Assembly: GCA_945885655.1 (NCBI GenBank)
Contig: CAMCZE010000001.1
Coordinates: 1 to 51,141 of the forward strand
Reading direction: 5' to 3'
Length of the DNA stretch: 51,141 bases
Source: Bacteriovorax stolpii
Lineage (GTDB): Bacteria; Bdellovibrionota; Bacteriovoracia; Bacteriovoracales; Bacteriovoracaceae
Positions 9,117 to 18,277 of this stretch are shown here, in pieces (positions within the stretch are counted from its first letter, which is position 1; each line of letters begins with the position of its first letter). The translations under genes were made by a program, and so were the position numbers. The notes beneath the pieces are model-generated. The model was not told where the DNA came from, did no database searches, and worked only from the letters and a program-made list of their open reading frames with translations.

Positions 9117-10055
9117 ATGTATAAAGTCTTCCTTGTCATTATCTTTATCGTTTTGGGATTTACTTCATTTGCCATAAGAATGTTGTCTAAAAATCAGTTC
9201 CCTAACTATCTCTACATGGACTCATTAAATCTCGATCACCACGCCTTATCACAAAGTGGTCATGAGCAAAATAAACTTATTTTTCTAGGAAGCTCTGGAG
9301 TTGCCGGGAGTAATGTTCCTTTGTTTTCTACTGTCTCCGATTTTTTTAATATTCATCAGAAAAAATATGAGTCTTATAACCTTGCCACTCTGCAGGGAAC
9401 AATGCCTGAGGTTTTGGTTTATTTTAAACAATCTCTCAACTATTCACCAAGTGCTGTCGTCCTAGGTTTGTCACCTGACACACTTCCCAAATTTTCCGTT
9501 TCTCCAGTCTCGGCCATTAATTTATCTTTTATCCAAGAAGACTTAGACCCGGAACTTACAACTTTCATCAAAGAGGAGTCCCGAAAAAAACTCTACTTAA
9601 ACGAGTTAACAGAAAAATTCTGGCCCCACTATCCTCCCCCTTTTCAACTCATTAAGCTGAAGAGCGCCCTCTATGAACTACGCGAAAGTCTTTATGGACC
9701 TTTAAGTAACAAAAATTTTACTGGGGCCCTACAACATAAATTGACTATGCCTGATGCTAACCACTTACAAATAAAAATAGTTTTACAAATAGCAAAAACA
9801 TGTCAAAAAAACGGGATTCCTTTTTTTATTTATTTTGAGCCAATGTTTGGTGCAGAAAAAGTTTATGGTCAGAATTTGAAGAAATATCAAGATCGCTTAA
9901 AAGAAATTTTAACTCAGCACCAAGTCGTGTCATTTGATTATACCAATCTCATCCAAGAAAAATCTCTTTTTTCTGACTACATACATTTAAAACCTAAAGG
10001 GTATGAACGGCTCGCTATCAAACTGTCTCAAGATCTAGAAGGAAACATGCCATGA
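9117..10055 (+). CDS. DltD/AlgX-like SGNH-fold acyltransferase, N-terminal membrane anchor
   Basis: N-terminal TM; block I FLGSS, block II YNLATLQG, block V FSDYIHL (DxxH); 4-bp ATGA overlap with the MBOAT gene. Confidence 0.75.
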   Translation: MYKVFLVIIFIVLGFTSFAIRMLSKNQFPNYLYMDSLNLDHHALSQSGHEQNKLIFLGSSGVAGSNVPLFSTVSDFFNIHQKKYESYNLATLQGTMPEVLVYFKQSLNYSPSAVVLGLSPDTLPKFSVSPVSAINLSFIQEDLDPELTTFIKEESRKKLYLNELTEKFWPHYPPPFQLIKLKSALYELRESLYGPLSNKNFTGALQHKLTMPDANHLQIKIVLQIAKTCQKNGIPFFIYFEPMFGAEKVYGQNLKKYQDRLKEILTQHQVVSFDYTNLIQEKSLFSDYIHLKPKGYERLAIKLSQDLEGNMP

Positions 10056-11266
10056 TCTCCTTCCAAAGCCATACTTATTACATATTTTCACTCATTGCCT
10101 TTTGTCTTTTTCAACTCATTCGAAAAAAAGATAAAAGCACACTCTTGTTTTTTATCAATCTTCTTTTTATTGGACTTTTTTTTTATTTTAGCAAAAAAAA
10201 TCTTCTCATTCTTTTAACCTACGTAAGTTTAAGTTACCTATCTATCTTTTTCAGTAGCAAACTCACATCAAAAAAAGTCTTCATTTTTTTTCAAATAACA
10301 CTCTCCCTGATCTTTTTATCTTTTTATAAGTATGACATTCTGAGAGATCCAATTTTGAGTCTTTTCCCAAATCTCCAGAATCTCACAGGGGTTATTGGTT
10401 TTGCAGGATTATCTTTCCTCAGTTTTAGGTCTCTGAGTGTTATGTTTGATACTCTCTATGGGTCTAGAAAAAAACCTCTTAATTTTATTCACTACACTAA
10501 TTTTCTCCTTTTTTTTCCTTGTTATCTTTCAGGCCCTTTGGATCGTTATGACCGTTTTGTAGGTGATCTAGAGAATACAGACACTCTAGACTCTCAAAGA
10601 ATTTATCAAGGATTATCCAGAATCGTTTTGGGTGCATTTAAAAAGGGAATACTTGCTGACATGCTCTATGACTTCTCATCAGATTCCATGAGTTTGATCG
10701 ACATGCAATCGATGTCAGTATCAAAAATTCTTCTATCTCATTACGTTTATGTTTTTGTCCTTTATTTTGACTTCTCTGGTTATAGCGACATTGCCATTGG
10801 TATCAGTAACCTTTTAGGGGTAAAAACTCCCGAGAATTTCAATAAACCTTACTTACAAAGGAATTTGCAAAACTTTTGGAATTCATGGCACATCAGTTTC
10901 CTTCACTGGTTAAGAGACTATATCTATATCCCCCTACAAAAAAAGATGATCCAGAAAGGTTTTAAAAACTTCGTTGCCATTGCTTGTTTTTCTTATTTTA
11001 CTGTTTTTATCATTGCCGGAATATGGCATGGAGGAACTCTACAATATTTTTTATATGGAGTTACTCATGGATTGGGACTGACTGTTTATCTTGTCTATAA
11101 AAAAATATTAGAAAAGAAACTCACACCTAGTCTTTTAAAATGGTACCGAAATAGTTCTCTTATAAAAGTTATGGCAACACTATTCACGCTTCATTACTTT
11201 TACCTAAGTTTGTTTTTTTTCATCCACAAGATGGAGCTTTTTTCTATTATCTGGAATAAATTATGA
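10052..11266 (+). CDS. MBOAT family acyltransferase, DltB/AlgI-like
   Basis: Multi-TM; GLSFLSFR, FFPCYLSGPLDRY, YFDFSGYSDIAIG, ENFNKPY, FWNSWHISF, GIWHG (catalytic His). Confidence 0.92.
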   Translation: MISFQSHTYYIFSLIAFCLFQLIRKKDKSTLLFFINLLFIGLFFYFSKKNLLILLTYVSLSYLSIFFSSKLTSKKVFIFFQITLSLIFLSFYKYDILRDPILSLFPNLQNLTGVIGFAGLSFLSFRSLSVMFDTLYGSRKKPLNFIHYTNFLLFFPCYLSGPLDRYDRFVGDLENTDTLDSQRIYQGLSRIVLGAFKKGILADMLYDFSSDSMSLIDMQSMSVSKILLSHYVYVFVLYFDFSGYSDIAIGISNLLGVKTPENFNKPYLQRNLQNFWNSWHISFLHWLRDYIYIPLQKKMIQKGFKNFVAIACFSYFTVFIIAGIWHGGTLQYFLYGVTHGLGLTVYLVYKKILEKKLTPSLLKWYRNSSLIKVMATLFTLHYFYLSLFFFIHKMELFSIIWNKL

Positions 11267-11370
11267 ATACTAAATACCAAGAGATGATAAAATTTGTAAT
11301 ATTACTCATTATGATCATGATCCTGATTTTTGTCGGAGATCATCAACATGGTTTTCAGTATGAATTTTAA
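11263..11370 (+). CDS. DltX-like 35-aa membrane micropeptide, not in the ORF track: MNTKYQEMIKFVILLIMIMILIFVGDHQHGFQYEF
   Basis: Translated by hand. ATG overlaps the MBOAT stop (ATGA); one hydrophobic helix; C-terminal FQYEF resembles the DltX FxYxxF motif; it fills the gap up to the ACP SD (AAGGA). Confidence 0.75.
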   Translation: MNTKYQEMIKFVILLIMIMILIFVGDHQHGFQYEF

Positions 11371-11379
11371 AGGATACAT

Positions 11380-11610
11380 ATGGATAAAAATCTAAAGATT
11401 ATTCAAGACACTTTTGCAACAGTATTTGGTGTTTCTCCATCAGATATCACCCTTGAAACCAGTATTGAAAACTTTAATGACTGGGATTCCATGAGACACC
11501 TAGAAATCATCACAAGTATTGAGGCCGCTTTCGGCATTCAATTCAATATGGGTGAAATCATCCATTTGAACTCTGTGGAAAAGATCCTTCAAACAATCCC
11601 CAGAACCTAA
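11380..11610 (+). CDS. Acyl/aminoacyl carrier protein (DltC-like role)
   Basis: 76 aa, acidic; WDSM phosphopantetheine site (Ser37); IEAAFGIQF helix; SD AAGGA. Confidence 0.9.
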   Translation: MDKNLKIIQDTFATVFGVSPSDITLETSIENFNDWDSMRHLEIITSIEAAFGIQFNMGEIIHLNSVEKILQTIPRT

Positions 11611-11801
11611 ATGAGATCAAAAAAAGACCAAAACAGGATCTATTTTCGTCCTCGGCATTAAGCCGGCCGTACTGCTAATGACTCTGATGTAAAATGATCT
11701 TAATACAGGATATAGACTGAGTTTCCCTTAAAGCGATCATTGCGTTTCATAAAAAAGCTTATAAAATAATCTTAGTTATTCTTTTCATTTTACCAGGGAC
11801 A

Positions 11802-12827
11802 ATGAGCTTGAAAGTTCTCTTCACCACATATTCAACTGCTTTTCAAAATCCAGGAGGAGGGGAAATAGTTTTATTAAAAACTCGTCAGGCCCTTCAGGAA
11901 AATGGAATAACTGTTGACCTATTTGATCCGTGGAACTCTAAGATTAAGAACTACGATATCGTACATGACTTTTCCTTACATAGCTGGAGGCAGTGGAGTG
12001 CTTTTAAGGCCTATGGCCCCAAACTAGCTGTCACACCTGTGGCCTGGCCTCATGTAAAGTTTCCTTATCCTCAAAAAGAAAAAATTAAACACTTTCTCCT
12101 AAAAACACTTAAACGAGACCATCCAGAATCAAGCTTAAGTGAGGCGCTAAAATTGCCAGATATATTTTTACCTACTACCGAATTAGAGTCTCAACGTCTT
12201 AAGAATCGTTACGCGGTCATGAAAAACTCTAGATGTAAAATCATCCCAAATGGAATTTCCCTCCCCCCCATAAATGATGATGCTCATAACTCATTTGTTG
12301 AGGCACATAAAATAAATGACTATCTTTTATATGTAGGGAGAATCACAAAGATAAAAAACATTGAGTTGATCATTGAGGCCGCAAAAAAAACGAACAAAGA
12401 TCTTTTTATCATTGGCGATGTAAATAAAGATGAACAAGATTATCTTACAAAGTTAAAAACTATCTCCAATCATCACATTCACTTCATTCCCTCCATGCCA
12501 CATAATTCAAAACTGCTCTTAGACGCATATCGAGGGGCCAAGGCCCTTATTGTTGCGAGTTTTTTTGAAACTTGTTCTTTAGTCGGCATGGAAGCAGGAG
12601 CTTTAGGGACACCTGTCATCATGACAGAAGAAGGGGCGACAAAAGAAATCTACAAAGATTATGTGACATACATAAATCCTCATCAAGAAACATCTTTGAT
12701 ACAGGCCATCGAAAAGAATTGGAACTCAAAACCTAGTGACCATTTAAAAAACCATGTCCTTAAGAATTATACATGGGATAAAATAGCTAAGAACTTAACT
12801 TCGGCCTATGAGGAAATTTTGAAGTGA
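11802..12827 (+). CDS. Glycosyltransferase family 4
   Basis: AFQNPGGGE, IIPNG, LYVGRITKIKN, SFFETCSLVGMEA. Confidence 0.88.
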   Translation: MSLKVLFTTYSTAFQNPGGGEIVLLKTRQALQENGITVDLFDPWNSKIKNYDIVHDFSLHSWRQWSAFKAYGPKLAVTPVAWPHVKFPYPQKEKIKHFLLKTLKRDHPESSLSEALKLPDIFLPTTELESQRLKNRYAVMKNSRCKIIPNGISLPPINDDAHNSFVEAHKINDYLLYVGRITKIKNIELIIEAAKKTNKDLFIIGDVNKDEQDYLTKLKTISNHHIHFIPSMPHNSKLLLDAYRGAKALIVASFFETCSLVGMEAGALGTPVIMTEEGATKEIYKDYVTYINPHQETSLIQAIEKNWNSKPSDHLKNHVLKNYTWDKIAKNLTSAYEEILK

Positions 12828-14122
12828 CGTTAAAACATGCCCATACACATATTTCTGCGATTTTAATTTCTACAACGATGCGTTCGGTTAGTCTTCTCAT
12901 GTCCGCCAATATCTTCAACGCAGGCATCGGTCTTATTTTATCTGTACTGACTCTACGTTATATCTCTCCGGATATCCTCGGTGTGATTTATCCCCTTATA
13001 TCAATATCTATGATCATTAACCAATTCGGAGATTGGGGAACATCCAACTCATTCATCAAACTTGCCAGCACCCACTATTCAGTAAATAGAGATAAGGCCT
13101 GGTCCTTCTTTCATGCGGCCTTAAAAATCAAACTTTATCTTTGTTTAGCAGTCTTACTCATTTGTGTCCCACTTTCTTCCCAGATCTCACGTTGGACATT
13201 TGCACATACAAAACATTCTGATCTTGTCACTCTCATCATCTTTGTAACTTCACTACAAATACTTTCATCTTTCACGACATCCACTTTACAAATTGAAGGG
13301 CGTTTTAAGACTCTCTCTTGGGTTAAAATTCTGCCCAACCTTCTTAAACTCACGTTTCTTGCCTTGATCATCTTTTTAGGACATATAACACTTATAAATG
13401 TTCTGATCGGGTTTTTGATAGTTCCTGTTATGTCATTTCTTATTTCAATCCCCTTCACTGACTTAAAAAAAATATTCAATCATGATGCTAAGAAAGAAGA
13501 TTTTCATGAACTCATTAAGGTCAGTCGCTGGATCGCATTATCCGCCATAGCCAATGCTTTCTTAAATCAGATGGACATTCTTATGATGACATCGATGGGG
13601 GGAAATGAAGAACTTGTAAGACTTTTAGGTGGGCAAAGGTTGGCCGGAATTTTTCCCATACTCTCGATGAGCCTTGTAACGGTGCTTCTTCCGAAAGTTT
13701 CAAGCATGGTTTCAAAGGCCGAACTTAATTTTTATTACCGAAAAACATTTCTTATCACAACTGTCTTTTGTTTATTTCTTTTATGTTTTCTTCCTCTATC
13801 AAAATGGATCATACCCTTTATTCTTGGATCAAAATATACATCATCCATTGACGTGTTTAATCTCCTAATGATTGCAAACCTTCTTGGTATTATGATTACT
13901 CCACTTAGTCTTGTGTTGTATAAGTTAAATAAAGAACCCATCTTTGTTTTGATGAATGTTGCCCAACTTATCATAACAATCATCGGAAACTGGATACTCA
14001 TACCTATCTATGGTGCCTATGCTTCTGCCATTATGGTCATTTTATGCAAAATAATCGCGTTTCTTTTCGTTTATTATCAACTCTGGAAAGAAGGCATTCT
14101 TTTTTATCACCATGAAAAATAA
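12824..14122 (+). CDS. Wzx-type oligosaccharide flippase (MOP superfamily)
   Basis: Many TM segments; FGDWGT, QMDILMM and LIPIYGAYASA motifs; GTG start overlapping the upstream stop. Confidence 0.8.
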   Translation: MTLKHAHTHISAILISTTMRSVSLLMSANIFNAGIGLILSVLTLRYISPDILGVIYPLISISMIINQFGDWGTSNSFIKLASTHYSVNRDKAWSFFHAALKIKLYLCLAVLLICVPLSSQISRWTFAHTKHSDLVTLIIFVTSLQILSSFTTSTLQIEGRFKTLSWVKILPNLLKLTFLALIIFLGHITLINVLIGFLIVPVMSFLISIPFTDLKKIFNHDAKKEDFHELIKVSRWIALSAIANAFLNQMDILMMTSMGGNEELVRLLGGQRLAGIFPILSMSLVTVLLPKVSSMVSKAELNFYYRKTFLITTVFCLFLLCFLPLSKWIIPFILGSKYTSSIDVFNLLMIANLLGIMITPLSLVLYKLNKEPIFVLMNVAQLIITIIGNWILIPIYGAYASAIMVILCKIIAFLFVYYQLWKEGILFYHHEK

Positions 14123-15302
14123 AGCAAAGATCCTTATAAGTGGCTCCTATGGAACAGGTAACGTTGGTGATGAGATCATTCTTCATTGCATATTAGATGA
14201 ATTAAAAGATTTCAATCTAACAGTTCTTTCTCAAGGTCCGGAATATACCAAAAAAAACTTTTCTGGAATTAGAGTTGTTGCTCAAACACCAAGTTGGGAA
14301 ATAAAACGAATCATCAAAGATATCGTGTTTTTTAACGTTAAACAGCTTAAAGGACGTTTTCTTTTTCTTAAAGAACTAGTTCGTGCAGACTACTTTTTTT
14401 TAGGGGGAGGAGGATTACTGGCCGAAATGGTACCAAGAGTTTTAAGGTACTATTGCCACCAGATCGTGTTGGCGCATTTTTTCCGGTGTAAAGTTGTTCT
14501 ATTAACCGTTGGAGTAGGCCCACTAAAAACAATACGAGGCAAGGACTTATTATCAAAGGTGATTAATAGAATTCCTTTTTTTATTTCAGTCCGGGATGAA
14601 TACTCTCAAAACAATTTAAAACAAATAGGTGTTACAAAAAAAATCTATACCGTGCCCGATCCTGCCTTTCTATTTAAATCAGAAAACAAATCATGTGCCA
14701 ATACAGTGGTTGTAAACTTTTATCGCACCTTTGACGATGCGACTTTATGGCCAGCTATGTCCTTTCGAAAAGATATTTTGATGAACTCCCTGGAGAAAAT
14801 CATTGAACATATCATCAATGAGCTTAAGTATAATGTTATTATTTTACCTTTTGGCTCTTCAAACGATAAAGATTTTGCACAAGAGACTTTACTTAAGATT
14901 GTAACAAGAAATCCATCACTCGCTCCTTCAATCTCCCTACACAATGGAATAAACTATTTAGACATTGCTGAGGTTCTTGCCTCGGCAAGATGGTCTATCA
15001 CAATGAGGTTTCATGCAGGTTTAATTTCTTTGGCCCATTTAAAACCTTCTGTGTGTATTGATCAGCAGTTTAAATCAGAACGTATGTTAAAAGAAATGAA
15101 CCTGGAAGAACTTCTTATCTGTTTGCCTGATGGATACCATAAAGAAGGTGATCACAATGTTGAATTTATGGAGCTCAAAAACAAAGTAACAGAAATGGAG
15201 AAAAACTATGATGATATTCAGCATAGAATCTCGCTCTACCAAAAAAAATCGAAAATAGAACTTACAGAATTTTGGAATACTTTAAGAAAAATGATAAAAT
15301 AG
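14112..15302 (+). CDS. Polysaccharide pyruvyltransferase (CsaB/WcaK-like)
   Basis: GSYGTGNVGDE, LGGGGLL, ISVRDEYS, VPDPAF, TMRFHA. Confidence 0.88.
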   Translation: MKNKAKILISGSYGTGNVGDEIILHCILDELKDFNLTVLSQGPEYTKKNFSGIRVVAQTPSWEIKRIIKDIVFFNVKQLKGRFLFLKELVRADYFFLGGGGLLAEMVPRVLRYYCHQIVLAHFFRCKVVLLTVGVGPLKTIRGKDLLSKVINRIPFFISVRDEYSQNNLKQIGVTKKIYTVPDPAFLFKSENKSCANTVVVNFYRTFDDATLWPAMSFRKDILMNSLEKIIEHIINELKYNVIILPFGSSNDKDFAQETLLKIVTRNPSLAPSISLHNGINYLDIAEVLASARWSITMRFHAGLISLAHLKPSVCIDQQFKSERMLKEMNLEELLICLPDGYHKEGDHNVEFMELKNKVTEMEKNYDDIQHRISLYQKKSKIELTEFWNTLRKMIK

Positions 15303-15309
15303 GGGCTTT

Positions 15310-16152
15310 ATGGATACAACTTGGCAACAAGTTTTAAAAGATGAAGGCATTACAAAGATTGAATGTCCCTTTTCTCTAGAAACAATTAAAAAATGGAATC
15401 AGATACTGGACCCCCATTTTAAAAAAATAGATTTTGAAGATCGATCTTATGCAACTATCGAAGACTTATTTGACCTAGGTATTTTTCAAGATTTTTTCTC
15501 CCAGGAAATGCGAATGATCCTAAGAGATATTATGCCTGACCCTACTATTCTTTGCCTACACGCCTATGAAATCAAAGGACAAAATGATAAAAATCATATC
15601 TTCTCCGAAGCCTTTGATGGTTGGCATAGAGATATCGCAGAATTGCCTGGGCTTCAGGTAAATGCTCCTAACTTCATAAGCCTTTTCATTTATCTTTCAG
15701 AGGTTAACGCCGGTGATGGAGAATTTGAAATCATCAAAAGAAGTTTTACAGGTCCTGCCATTAACGGTGAAAAAAGTCTTAAAGTGATTGGACAAGCTGG
15801 AACTACTTTTATTTGGAACCGGGCCCTCTTACATCGCGCGACCCCTAATACTTCTCCTACACGTCGTCGTGTGCTCAAACTTAGTATTCAACATAATTAT
15901 TTTCAAAACGAACACATTCATAGTCCAGAATTTATTCGTATAAGAAATTTGGTCAAAGACCCCTATCTTAGGTTCATCACAGGTGAAAAACATGCAACTT
16001 CGCCTGTGGCCCACCAAGCTCCCGTTACAGGACATTCCTTAATGAAGGTGATTCCTTTGATTTCAAACTCTCAAATTAATATTCGTTTTACTGAATTTCT
16101 GAAAGGACTGTGGTGGTTTATGAGAAAAAACAAAAGACCTTTTGGACCTTAA
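15310..16152 (+). CDS. Fe(II)/2-oxoglutarate dioxygenase, PhyH-like
   Basis: GWHRD (HxD), FIYLSEV...G, GQAGTTFIWN...LLHRA...N.S...RRVL facial-triad layout; SD AGGGG. Confidence 0.75.
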   Translation: MDTTWQQVLKDEGITKIECPFSLETIKKWNQILDPHFKKIDFEDRSYATIEDLFDLGIFQDFFSQEMRMILRDIMPDPTILCLHAYEIKGQNDKNHIFSEAFDGWHRDIAELPGLQVNAPNFISLFIYLSEVNAGDGEFEIIKRSFTGPAINGEKSLKVIGQAGTTFIWNRALLHRATPNTSPTRRRVLKLSIQHNYFQNEHIHSPEFIRIRNLVKDPYLRFITGEKHATSPVAHQAPVTGHSLMKVIPLISNSQINIRFTEFLKGLWWFMRKNKRPFGP

Positions 16153-16185
16153 TCAATTAGTTTTACTTAAAACATTTATGAAGGA

Positions 16186-17163
16186 ATGATCTTTCGGCGT
16201 AAAATAACAATAAACATTTCACCAGAAGTTAATATGTACTTGGCCATCATAATCCCGACTTGGAAACGAGTCAAAAAACTACAAAAATGTCTCGAAAGTT
16301 TGGAGACACAGGAAGTTTCACCTGAGCTTGTCATTATCACTGTCAGGAATGAGGATGAAGAAACATGTCAGTTCCTAAAAGAAAAAAAAGCTAAAACTCA
16401 TCTTAATCTTCAAATTATATTCTTAGACCAACCTGGAGTTATTTTTGCTGAAAATACTGCCATATCCTACGTCAAGAACTTACCCGAAGTTGAAGTTGTC
16501 ACTTTTATGGATGACGACGCAATTGCTTTTCCAGATTGGATAAGAAAAATAAAAGATTTTTTTTCTCACCACTCAAAGGCCGCCGCCTTAGGCGGACCAG
16601 ATATTATTGTCTCGGAATCATGGACTTACTATGAAAAACATGTTGAGAAGGTTGGCCTCATAACATTTGCAGGAAAGGTGATAGGAAACCATCATCATTC
16701 TTCAAAAGGTATACGTATCGTTGACACTCTAAAAGGTGTGAATATGTCCATTCGGAAAGATTTTCTTGAATTAATAGACTCGCGCTTACAAGGTGTGGAC
16801 CCGGCCAAAGGAAATGGTGTGTTCTGGGAACTAGATCTCTGTCTTAAAATTAAAAAGAAAATGGGCCATATTTATTTTGATCCCGGCCTAACCATTCATC
16901 ATGATAGTGACCATAAACATTTTATTCCCTTATCAGTTACGAGTAGTACATCTCATAACTTAGCGCTCATCTTTTTTGAACATTTTGAATGGAGAAGAAT
17001 AATTGTCTTTATATTTTATTCACTTTTTATTGGCCACTCCCACATTAAAGGAGTTTTAAAAACTGCTCATGAAGTTTTTAAAACTAAGAATTTATCTGCC
17101 ATTAAGGATTCAAACTACTCTATAAGAGGTTTTTTAAATGGAATCATCACCTGGTCTAAATAA
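16186..17163 (+). CDS. Glycosyltransferase family 2
   Basis: IIIPTWKR, FMDDDA (DxD), GVNMSIRK, WELDLC; likely start is ATG at 16234. Confidence 0.88.
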   Translation: MIFRRKITINISPEVNMYLAIIIPTWKRVKKLQKCLESLETQEVSPELVIITVRNEDEETCQFLKEKKAKTHLNLQIIFLDQPGVIFAENTAISYVKNLPEVEVVTFMDDDAIAFPDWIRKIKDFFSHHSKAAALGGPDIIVSESWTYYEKHVEKVGLITFAGKVIGNHHHSSKGIRIVDTLKGVNMSIRKDFLELIDSRLQGVDPAKGNGVFWELDLCLKIKKKMGHIYFDPGLTIHHDSDHKHFIPLSVTSSTSHNLALIFFEHFEWRRIIVFIFYSLFIGHSHIKGVLKTAHEVFKTKNLSAIKDSNYSIRGFLNGIITWSK

Positions 17164-18277
17164 ACGACCTAAAAAGATTCTCTACATTTCACCAAATGGA
17201 TATCTTGGGGGTGCAGAAAGAATTGTTTTCTCCTTAGTAAAAAATCATCATAAGACAGATTTTATTCCGACTATTCTTTTTTTTTCTAGAGGGGAATTCT
17301 CAGAAGCATGTGCTAAAGAAAATATTGATCACCTTATACTTCAAACGCGTTTCCGAATGAGGAATCCTTTGACATTTTTAAAGGCCATTTATGAAGTGAG
17401 GCAGATCATTAAGAGAGTCAAACCAGACGTCATTCATTCAACCATGGCCTACTCACACATCGTTATTTCTTTAGCTTCTTTCGGCATTACAATAAAAAAA
17501 ATATGGTTTCAACATGGGCCAGTAGGTATGCTGTTGGACAGGATCGCAAGTTTATTCAGTGTTGACGTGCTTCTATTTAATAGTTCCTACCTAAAAAAGT
17601 TACACTTCAAAACACTACCGCGCGTAAAAGTATATGTTAAAGATGCTATCATTAAGCTTGGCGTTGAATCCTATACAAATACGACAAAAATATTTGAAAA
17701 TGACAATTTAATACATTTTGGAATGGCGGGAAGAATTGCACCTTTAAAATGTTATGAACTCCTCATACAATCTCTTGCTGAGCTTCAGAAAGAACACGAA
17801 CTTAAACCCTTCATCGTTTCAATAGCTGGTTCAGCAAAGAATGCAGATGATCAAAAATATTTTATATTTCTTAAAGAACTAGTTCTACAGTATGGACTCA
17901 ACATGAATGTTCATTTTTTGGGGCACACCCCATCAATGGAACATTTTTATCAGTCTCTTGACGTTTTTATCCATACGTCTCCTACTCCTGAACCATTTGG
18001 TTTAGTCATGGCCGAGGCCATGTCAGCAGGCCGTCTTGTTATTGGACCGAATAATGGAGGTACAAAAGACTTTTTAATTGATGGGGTAACGGGAATTGTT
18101 TTGTATTATTCTCAAGAAAATTATATTCCAGTTATTAAAAACGCTATCCTGCCACTTCTAGCTAAAAAGTCTTTAGACAAACAGACTCTAAATGTACTTG
18201 CTAAAAATGGCCAAATTTTTATTCATAAAGAACATTCTATGGCGGAAATGACTCGAAGTATTGAAAGTTTCTATTAA
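17138..18277 (+). CDS. Glycosyltransferase family 4
   Basis: GGAER, WFQHG, AGRIAPLK, PEPFGLVMAEAM. Confidence 0.9.
   Translation: MESSPGLNKRPKKILYISPNGYLGGAERIVFSLVKNHHKTDFIPTILFFSRGEFSEACAKENIDHLILQTRFRMRNPLTFLKAIYEVRQIIKRVKPDVIHSTMAYSHIVISLASFGITIKKIWFQHGPVGMLLDRIASLFSVDVLLFNSSYLKKLHFKTLPRVKVYVKDAIIKLGVESYTNTTKIFENDNLIHFGMAGRIAPLKCYELLIQSLAELQKEHELKPFIVSIAGSAKNADDQKYFIFLKELVLQYGLNMNVHFLGHTPSMEHFYQSLDVFIHTSPTPEPFGLVMAEAMSAGRLVIGPNNGGTKDFLIDGVTGIVLYYSQENYIPVIKNAILPLLAKKSLDKQTLNVLAKNGQIFIHKEHSMAEMTRSIESFY

Noticed and set aside
10193-11220. A8/T8 homopolymer runs in the MBOAT gene and elsewhere in the locus as phase-variation tracts
   Set aside because: Frames are intact and such runs are common throughout this AT-rich window; no long G/C tracts
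11611-11661. 16-codon ORF (MRSKKDQNRIYFRPRH) directly after the ACP stop
   Set aside because: No SD, no hydrophobic or recognisable motif; expected by chance
15310-16152. Possible Fe/2OG halogenase
   Set aside because: The HxD carboxylate ligand is retained (WHRD)
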